The notes under the pieces are model-generated. The model did no database searches. It was not told the DNA's origin and was given only the letters and a program-made list of their open reading frames with translations. From Chloroflexota bacterium (lineage in GTDB: Bacteria; Chloroflexota; Limnocylindria; Limnocylindrales; CSP1-4), in NCBI GenBank assembly GCA_032128175.1, contig JAQBHC010000062.1, positions 977-64,976 on the forward strand: a stretch of DNA of 64,000 nt, read 5' to 3'. Positions 58,013 to 64,000 of the stretch are shown in pieces (positions within the stretch are counted from its first letter, which is position 1; every line of letters begins with the position of its first letter). The position numbers were made by a program, and so were the translations under genes.

Positions 58013-58375
58013 TTAGAAGTCGAGTCCGGCCTCGCGGGCCGCTTCGGCGAGCGATTTGACGCGCCCGTGATATCGATAGCCCGCCCGATCGAAGACGACG
58101 CGGGTCACGCCTGCGGTCCTGGCCCGCGACGCGAGGAGTTTGCCGACAGCCGCCGCTTCCTGCGACTTGGTCCCGGGAGCGGAGCGGAGCTCCGGCTCGA
58201 GGGACGAGGCCGCTGCCAGCGTCGTGCCCGATGCATCGTTGATGACCTGGGCGTAAATGTGATTGAGGCTGCGGAATACCGCGAGGCGCGGGCGCTCCGG
58301 AACCCCCTCCAGATGGAGGCGGATCCGTTCGTGGCGCTTCTGTCGTGCGGCGCCGCGGCTGGCGACCTGCGTCAT
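58013..58375 (-). CDS. rplR: 50S ribosomal protein L18
   Basis: [19 protein letters not shown]...[24 protein letters not shown]; I chose the internal Met. Confidence 0.9.
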   Translation of the reverse strand: MTQVASRGAARQKRHERIRLHLEGVPERPRLAVFRSLNHIYAQVINDASGTTLAAASSLEPELRSAPGTKSQEAAAVGKLLASRARTAGVTRVVFDRAGYRYHGRVKSLAEAAREAGLDF

Positions 58376-58394
58376 CCCTGTGGTCCCCCGGTCA

Positions 58395-58946
58395 CTACTT
58401 CTTGCCGCCGATCTTGCCGGCCTTGCCGGCCTTGCGGCGGACCACCTCACCGGCGTACCGCACACCCTTGCCCTTGTAGGGCTCCGGCTTGCGGCTGGAG
58501 CGGACCTTGGCCGCCACCTGTCCGACGAGTTCCTTGTCAATGCCGACGACGGTCAGCTTTGTGGGCGTCTCGAGCTCGAAACTGATCCCGGCGGGCGGCT
58601 CGATCTCGACCGGATGGCTGTAGCCCAGACTGAGCTGGAGCTTCGTTCCGATGAGGATCGCGCGGTAACCGACACCGGTGATCTCGAGACCCTTGCGGTA
58701 TCCGGTGCTCACACCGACGACCATGTTGTTCACCAATGTCCGGGTGAGGCCGTGCAGCTGTTTGTGCATCTTCTGCTCGCTCGGGCGGGTGACCACAATC
58801 GTCCCCTCGTCGCGGCTCACTGACATGTCCGGATGGAGCGTGCGATTGAGCGAGCCCTTGGGCCCGTTGACGGTGACATGCGAGCCATCGATGGTGACAT
58901 CGACGCCACTTGGCACCGTGATGGGCATACGACCAATTCGTGACAT
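58395..58946 (-). CDS. rplF: 50S ribosomal protein L6
   Basis: [17 protein letters not shown]...GYSHPVE. Confidence 0.95.
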   Translation of the reverse strand: MSRIGRMPITVPSGVDVTIDGSHVTVNGPKGSLNRTLHPDMSVSRDEGTIVVTRPSEQKMHKQLHGLTRTLVNNMVVGVSTGYRKGLEITGVGYRAILIGTKLQLSLGYSHPVEIEPPAGISFELETPTKLTVVGIDKELVGQVAAKVRSSRKPEPYKGKGVRYAGEVVRRKAGKAGKIGGKK

Positions 58947-58954
58947 TCAGGCGC

Positions 58955-59353
58955 CTACCAGACGTACGCCAGGACTTCGCCGCCGAGCTGGGCCTTGTGG
59001 GCCTGCGCGCCGGTCATGATCCCCTGGCTCGTGCTGACGATGACAATCCCGAGGCCCCCGAGCACGCGCGGGATGTCTGTCTTCCCTGCGTACACGCGGA
59101 GTCCTGGCTTGCTGATGCGCTTCAACCCGGAAACGACCGGCACCTTGCCGTCCACGTAGCGCAGGGTCATCTTGATGACCGTGCCGGGTCCTGCCTGCTC
59201 CTCCGCCCAGTCGGCAATGAAGCCTTCTGCCTTGAGGATGCGAGCAATCTCACGCTTGGTCCGCGACGCCGGGATGGCCACTTCGAGGTGACGGGCCCGC
59301 GACGCATTTCGGACACGCGTGAGCATGTCTGCGATCGGATCAGAAATGTTCAT
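58955..59353 (-). CDS. rpsH: 30S ribosomal protein S8
   Basis: [13 protein letters not shown]. Confidence 0.95.
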   Translation of the reverse strand: MNISDPIADMLTRVRNASRARHLEVAIPASRTKREIARILKAEGFIADWAEEQAGPGTVIKMTLRYVDGKVPVVSGLKRISKPGLRVYAGKTDIPRVLGGLGIVIVSTSQGIMTGAQAHKAQLGGEVLAYVW

Positions 59354-59360
59354 CGGCTTC

Positions 59361-59546
59361 CTACCAGCTCGACTTTGTGACGCCCGGCAGTTCGCCCACG
59401 AGGGCTCGCTCTCGGAAGCAGATCCGACACAGGGCGAATCGGCGCATGAAGGCGCGCGGCCGTCCGCAGACTGTGCAGCGGTGGTAGCCGCGGACAGGGA
59501 ACTTCGGGGTTCGCTTCGCCTTGGCGATCATTGATTTCTTGGCCAT
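59361..59546 (-). CDS. rpsN: 30S ribosomal protein S14 type Z (zinc-binding, 61 aa)
   Basis: [23 protein letters not shown] is the Cys4 motif. Confidence 0.95.
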   Translation of the reverse strand: MAKKSMIAKAKRTPKFPVRGYHRCTVCGRPRAFMRRFALCRICFRERALVGELPGVTKSSW

Positions 59547-59560
59547 GGTCTCCTCCCCGC

Positions 59561-60103
59561 CTACGAGGCGAACGGCATGCCGAGGAGTTCCAGCAGACGC
59601 CGGGACTCCTCGTCAGTCTTTGCCGTCGTCACGATCGTGATCTCCAGCCCTCGGAGACGGTCCACTTTGTCGTAGTCGATCTCAGGGAATGCGATCTGCT
59701 CCTTGAGGCCGATGGTGTAATTGCCACGTCCGTCGAACGAACGGCCAGGGACGCCGCGGAAGTCGCGGAGTCGGGGTAACGCGAGCAGCGAGAATCGCTC
59801 CAGGAAGTCCCACATGCGTGGTCCGCGGAGCGTCACCTTGACCCCGATCGGGTTGCCGGTCCGCACGCGGAACTGGGCGATGGAACGCTTGGCGCGGGTC
59901 ACGATCGGCTTCTGGCCGGTGATCTGGGCGAGATCCTTGACGGCCGCGTCAACGGCCTTTGCGTTGGTCAGCGCCTCGCCGAGGCCGATGTTCACCACGA
60001 TCTTCTCGAGGCGCGGCACCTGCATCGGGTTGACATAGGCGAATTGCTTCTTCAGTCCGGGAACTGCCTCAGCCTCGTAGCGTGTGCGGAGATTGCTGGC
60101 CAT
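59561..60103 (-). CDS. rplE: 50S ribosomal protein L5
   Basis: [20 protein letters not shown]; I chose the internal Met ([10 protein letters not shown]). Confidence 0.9.
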   Translation of the reverse strand: MASNLRTRYEAEAVPGLKKQFAYVNPMQVPRLEKIVVNIGLGEALTNAKAVDAAVKDLAQITGQKPIVTRAKRSIAQFRVRTGNPIGVKVTLRGPRMWDFLERFSLLALPRLRDFRGVPGRSFDGRGNYTIGLKEQIAFPEIDYDKVDRLRGLEITIVTTAKTDEESRRLLELLGMPFAS

Positions 60104-60546
60104 CAAGCCGTCACCTCCAGCGCCTTGCCGCAATGGCTGCACACGCGGACGCGGTGCCCATCGTCCAAAGTGGCATGGCCGATCCTCGTCGGAAGTTCGC
60201 AACTTGGGCAGACGAGCATGACCTTTGACACGTCGAGGGGCATGGCGATCTCGATGATGCCGCCCTGCTGGATCTTCGGCACGCGATCTGTCCGTCCAGC
60301 GCTCTGGCGCGGTTTGGTGTGGCGCTTGGCGATGTTGAGGCCTTCCACGACTACCGTCGTGCCGCTGGTGTTGGTGCCGCGACGGAATGGGGCGCGCAGA
60401 GCTCCGGCCCCGGCCGTTCGGCGAATGACCCGCTCGACCTTGCCGCGCTTGCCGGCATCCTTGCCGGCGAGGACGACGACCGTATCGCCGCGCCGAAGCT
60501 CCGGGACGCGGGTCGGCCGGCCATGTTCGTGGAGCCGGGGCATCAC
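60103..60546 (-). CDS. rplX: 50S ribosomal protein L24 variant with internal insertion and Cys4 (zinc-ribbon-like) C-terminus
   Basis: There is a KOW motif ([18 protein letters not shown]). The C-terminal ...[29 protein letters not shown] replaces the canonical DPKTGKxTRVGxRxEDGKKVR. Confidence 0.85.
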   Translation of the reverse strand: MMPRLHEHGRPTRVPELRRGDTVVVLAGKDAGKRGKVERVIRRTAGAGALRAPFRRGTNTSGTTVVVEGLNIAKRHTKPRQSAGRTDRVPKIQQGGIIEIAMPLDVSKVMLVCPSCELPTRIGHATLDDGHRVRVCSHCGKALEVTA

Positions 60547-60911
60547 AGCACCTCCGGAGCGAGCGAGACGATCTTCATGTAGTTGCGATCGCGCAGTTCG
60601 CGCGCGACCGGGCCGAAGATGCGGGTCCCGCGGGGATTGCCCTGGTTGTTGATGAGGACGGCAGCGTTCTCGTCGAACCGGATGTAGCTCCCGTCCGGGC
60701 GGCCGTATTCCTTGGCGGTTCGCACGACCACCGCTCGAACCACATCGCCCTTCTTGACCGCGGCATTGGGGATCGCCTGTTTGACGCTGGCGATGATCAC
60801 GTCACCCACGCCGGCCGTCGTCTTGAGCGATCGGCCAATGACGCGAATGCACTGGATCGTGCGTGCGCCCGTGTTGTCGGCGACTTTGAGACGTGACTGG
60901 GGCTGGATCAT
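60543..60911 (-). CDS. rplN: 50S ribosomal protein L14
   Basis: [17 protein letters not shown]. Confidence 0.95.
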   Translation of the reverse strand: MIQPQSRLKVADNTGARTIQCIRVIGRSLKTTAGVGDVIIASVKQAIPNAAVKKGDVVRAVVVRTAKEYGRPDGSYIRFDENAAVLINNQGNPRGTRIFGPVARELRDRNYMKIVSLAPEVL

Positions 60912-61366
60912 GCGTCCTCCCCGACCGTCTCGGTTGCCTCGACCGCCGCATCGGCGGGCGCGGCGTCCCCGGCACTGTCCGCGACGTCGTTATGGCGCGT
61001 CCGGCCCGGGTGGGCGGCCGAGTGGATCGCCTCGGTCACGGCCGGCTCCTCGCCCACGAGGTCGCTCGTCGTGCCGTGATCACCGGCACGCTGGACGACG
61101 CTCACGAGTCGCCATCGCTTTGTGGCCGACAATGGTCGCGACTCCTCGATCAGCACCGTGTCGCCGACGCGGGCGTCGTTGGTCTCGTCGTGGGCCTTGA
61201 ATTTGGTGGACAGGCGAATGACGCGCTTGTACAGCCGATGCCGCGTCAGTCGTTCGACCGACACGACGATCGTCTTGTTCATCTTGTCGCTGACCACGCG
61301 ACCGGTCTTGGTCTTGCGTTGTCCCTGCTCGGGCACCGTCTGTTCAGTCATGGTGGGGTTCCTCAC
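60908..61366 (-). CDS. rpsQ: 30S ribosomal protein S17 with ~65-aa acidic C-terminal extension
   Basis: [23 protein letters not shown]. Confidence 0.9.
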   Translation of the reverse strand: MRNPTMTEQTVPEQGQRKTKTGRVVSDKMNKTIVVSVERLTRHRLYKRVIRLSTKFKAHDETNDARVGDTVLIEESRPLSATKRWRLVSVVQRAGDHGTTSDLVGEEPAVTEAIHSAAHPGRTRHNDVADSAGDAAPADAAVEATETVGEDA

Positions 61367-61587
61367 GCCGACTTCTGGGCGGTCGCTGCCGTGAGCGGTG
61401 TCAACCGCTCACGCTGAACCGTCAGGATTCTGGCAATCCGGCGTCTGGTCTGTGGAATCGTGCTGGTGTCGTTGAGCTGCCGCGTGGACAGCGCGAACCG
61501 AGCGCTCCAGAGGTCCTGCTTCGCATCGCGAAGCGCCTGCTCGAGCTCGGAATCGGACAGTTCGCGGACCTTGCCGATGTCAGTCAT
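61363..61587 (-). CDS. rpmC: 50S ribosomal protein L29
   Basis: [25 protein letters not shown]. Confidence 0.9.
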   Translation of the reverse strand: MTDIGKVRELSDSELEQALRDAKQDLWSARFALSTRQLNDTSTIPQTRRRIARILTVQRERLTPLTAATAQKSA

Positions 61588-62014
61588 CGGACCCCTCCGT
61601 CACCGCAGACTCCTTCACGATGACGCGCGTTGCAACGGGCAGCTTGTGACTGGCGAGACGCATCGCCTCCCTGGCCTCGTCCTGACCGACTCCGGCCATC
61701 TCGAACAGGATCCGACCGGGCTTCACCACCGCGACCCAATGGTCGGGGGCGCCCTTGCCGGAACCCATGCGCGTCTCGGCCGGCTTCTTGGTGACTGGCT
61801 TGTCGGGGAACACGCGGATCCAGATCTTGCCGCCACGCTTGACCGATCGGGTCATGGCGCGACGAGCGGCTTCGATCTGCCGGCTCGTGATCCAGGCGGG
61901 CTCGAGCGTGGCCAGCCCGTACTCGCCAAATGCGACGTAGTGACCACCCTTCGCCTGTCCGGACATGCGACCACGCATGACCTTGCGATGCTTGACGCGT
62001 CGTGGCAGGAGCAT
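61580..62014 (-). CDS. rplP: 50S ribosomal protein L16
   Basis: [19 protein letters not shown]; I chose the internal Met. Confidence 0.95.
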   Translation of the reverse strand: MLLPRRVKHRKVMRGRMSGQAKGGHYVAFGEYGLATLEPAWITSRQIEAARRAMTRSVKRGGKIWIRVFPDKPVTKKPAETRMGSGKGAPDHWVAVVKPGRILFEMAGVGQDEAREAMRLASHKLPVATRVIVKESAVTEGSDD

Positions 62015-62016
62015 CT

Positions 62017-62688
62017 CTAGACCCCCTGCCCGGCGAGCGTCGGTGCGGACATCGGCTGGCGTTCCGGCGCGATGTCGCCCCGGTAGATCCAGACCTTGAC
62101 GCCAATTCGACCATACGTTGTGTGAGCGTGGACCTGGCCGTAGCTGATGTCGGCCCGAAGCGTGCCGAGCGGGATGCGGCCTTCCTTGTCCCATTCGCGA
62201 CGGCCCATCTCGGCGCCGCCGAGGCGGCCCGAGACCTGGATCTTGACGCCCTTGGCACCAGCCTTCATCGAGCGCTGGATCGACTGCTTGATCGCCTTCT
62301 TGAAAGCGATGCGGCGACTCAGCTGCTGGCTGATGTTCATGGCCACGAGGTAGGCGTCCAACTCGGGCTGGCGGATCTCCTTGATCTCCAGCTTGACCTT
62401 GCGCTTGGTCAGCGCTCCGATCTGCTGGCGCAGGATTTCGACGTTCTGGCCGCCCTTGCCGATGACGATGCCCGGCTTCGCCGTGTGCACGGTCACGGTG
62501 ACCTGCCCGAAGTTTCGCTCGATCTCAAGCCCGCTGACGCTCGCATTGGCGAGCCGCGCGCTGACCAGCTTCCGGACGGCGATGTCCTCCGTGAGGAGGG
62601 CCGTGTATTCCTTGTCGTGGTACCACTTCGCCGTCCACGTGCGCGTCACCCCGAGGCGGAAGCCGTATGGGTGGACCTTGTGTCCCAT
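62017..62688 (-). CDS. rpsC: 30S ribosomal protein S3
   Basis: [23 protein letters not shown]; a KH domain is present. Confidence 0.95.
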   Translation of the reverse strand: MGHKVHPYGFRLGVTRTWTAKWYHDKEYTALLTEDIAVRKLVSARLANASVSGLEIERNFGQVTVTVHTAKPGIVIGKGGQNVEILRQQIGALTKRKVKLEIKEIRQPELDAYLVAMNISQQLSRRIAFKKAIKQSIQRSMKAGAKGVKIQVSGRLGGAEMGRREWDKEGRIPLGTLRADISYGQVHAHTTYGRIGVKVWIYRGDIAPERQPMSAPTLAGQGV

Positions 62689-62691
62689 CGA

Positions 62692-63030
62692 TCAGGCCTC
62701 CCGGTTTCCGACAGTCACGGTGATGTGCGTCTGCGGCTTGTGAATCGGGAACGCCCGACCCTGGGCTCGAGGGCGCCAACGCTTGATGGCCGGGCCCTCG
62801 TCCGCTCGCGCGTCAAGGATGATCAGCTCGTCAGCGGCCAGGTTGAGGTTGTTCTCGGCGTTGGCCATGGCGCTCTTGAGCACCTTGGCGACGTCCTTGG
62901 CGGCGTGCTGGGGCATGAACCGCAGCGCAGCGGCAGCCTCCTCCACGGGACGACCCTTGATCGCCTGAACGATCAGACGGGCCTTCCGGGTGGAGCCTCG
63001 GAGATACTTGGCGGTGGCGGAAACACGCAC
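62692..63030 (-). CDS. rplV: 50S ribosomal protein L22
   Basis: AKYLRGSTRKARLIVQAIKGRPVEEA. The start is the internal GTG at about 63030, just after the rpsS stop codon. Confidence 0.9.
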   Translation of the reverse strand: MRVSATAKYLRGSTRKARLIVQAIKGRPVEEAAAALRFMPQHAAKDVAKVLKSAMANAENNLNLAADELIILDARADEGPAIKRWRPRAQGRAFPIHKPQTHITVTVGNREA

Positions 63031-63043
63031 GATCGGGCCGCTC

Positions 63044-63328
63044 CTACTTCGGGCTCGCGGACCGGTCGGTGTGCTTGCCGTGCCCGCGATACGTGCGGGT
63101 GGGGGCAAACTCACCGAAACGGTGGCCAACCATGTTTTCGGTCACGTAGACCGGGACGTGCTTGCGGCCGTTGTACACAGCGACCGTATGGCCGATGAAC
63201 GTCGGGAAGATGACGGACGCGCGGGACCAGGTCTTGACGACCTTCTTCTCGCTGCGCTTGTTCATCTCCTCGATGCGGCCGAGCAGACGGGCCTCGATAA
63301 AGGGGCCCTTCTTGATGGAACGGGACAT
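63044..63328 (-). CDS. rpsS: 30S ribosomal protein S19
   Basis: [16 protein letters not shown]...[17 protein letters not shown]. Confidence 0.95.
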   Translation of the reverse strand: MSRSIKKGPFIEARLLGRIEEMNKRSEKKVVKTWSRASVIFPTFIGHTVAVYNGRKHVPVYVTENMVGHRFGEFAPTRTYRGHGKHTDRSASPK

Positions 63329-63345
63329 TCTTCTCTAGCCTCCCG

Positions 63346-64000
63346 CTACTTCCGGTGCCGTGAGCGAACGATGAGCCGCGACGTGGTCTTGCCACGGCGC
63401 GTGCGGTAGCCCATCGCAGGCTTGCCCCATGGTGTCTTGGGCGGCATCCCCGTTGGGGACTTGCCCTCACCACCACCGTGGGGATGGTCGCGCGGGTTCA
63501 TGACAACGCCTCGGACTTCCGGTCGCTGACCCATGTGGCGGGCGCGCCCGGCCTTGCCCAGGTTCTGGTTCTCGTGTTCGATGTTGCCGACCTGGCCGAC
63601 GGTGGCCATGCAGCGGATGCTGACGCGGCGCACCTCGCCGGATGGGAGGCGGACCTGCGCGTAGTCGCCTTCCTTGGCCAGGAGCTGCGCGGAAACACCG
63701 GCGGAGCGAACGATCTGGCCGCCCTTGCCGGGGACGAGCTCGATGTTGTGGATCGTGGTGCCCAGCGGGATATTCGAGATCGGCAGTGCGTTGCCCACGC
63801 GTGCCTCAGCTTCCGGGCCGGACAGGACGACGTCACCGACCTTCATGCCGTGGGGCAGGAGCATGTAGCGCTTCTCGCCATCGCGGTAGTGCAGGAGGCC
63901 GATCCGAGCCGAACGATTGGGGTCGTACTCGACCGTGGCGATCCGAGCCGGCACGCCGAACTTGTTGCGCTTGAAGTCGATCCGGCGATAGTGCGTCTTC
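63346..64000 (-). CDS. rplB: 50S ribosomal protein L2 (C-terminal part; 5' end beyond window)
   Basis: [19 protein letters not shown] and [14 protein letters not shown]. Confidence 0.95.
   Translation of the reverse strand, partial: KTHYRRIDFKRNKFGVPARIATVEYDPNRSARIGLLHYRDGEKRYMLLPHGMKVGDVVLSGPEAEARVGNALPISNIPLGTTIHNIELVPGKGGQIVRSAGVSAQLLAKEGDYAQVRLPSGEVRRVSIRCMATVGQVGNIEHENQNLGKAGRARHMGQRPEVRGVVMNPRDHPHGGGEGKSPTGMPPKTPWGKPAMGYRTRRGKTTSRLIVRSRHRK

Noticed and set aside
1-64000. Mobile elements, CRISPR arrays, tRNA/rRNA genes
   Set aside because: I found no transposase or integrase-like ORFs, no spaced direct repeats, and no tRNA-like T-loop/acceptor motifs in the short intergenic regions.

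Overview
This is a high-GC (~70%) bacterial chromosomal window, almost entirely coding. I found no rRNA, tRNA, CRISPR array, transposase or integrase. It has three parts. (1) Positions 1-15.8 kb look accessory: a secreted GH25 muramidase gene that the ORF track missed because it runs off the left edge, a DUF4232 lipoprotein, a xanthine-dehydrogenase-family molybdoenzyme (FAD subunit plus a fused Fe-S/Mo subunit) with an LLM-type oxidoreductase, an amidohydrolase and a DUF1185-like gene, two small ORFs separated by an in-frame TAG, a rifampin-phosphotransferase/PEP-synthase-like enzyme split by an in-frame TGA and followed by an MFS transporter, and a modA-modB locus with a MerR-HTH/TOBE regulator. 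(2) Positions 15.8-47.8 kb are housekeeping genes with Firmicutes/Chloroflexi-like synteny: malic enzyme, PPDK, Fpr, NhaA, GlyRS, RecO, polyprenyl synthase, CNNM, glmU-ridA-ispE-ksgA, tsaD-rimI-tsaB-tsaE, alr-nnr-acpS, and glmS-glmM-cdaR-cdaA. Two translationally coupled hypothetical proteins and a macro-domain plus acidic small-protein pair sit between tsaE and alr. (3) Positions 47.8-64 kb carry argF, then S9/L13/truA, then the alpha operon, rpmJ-infA-map-adk-secY, and the spc and part of the S10 ribosomal operons. Several ribosomal proteins are unusual here, for example L24 with a Cys4 motif and S17, L15 and L30 with terminal extensions. Every call rests on reading the translated sequence for family-characteristic motifs; I ran no database search.
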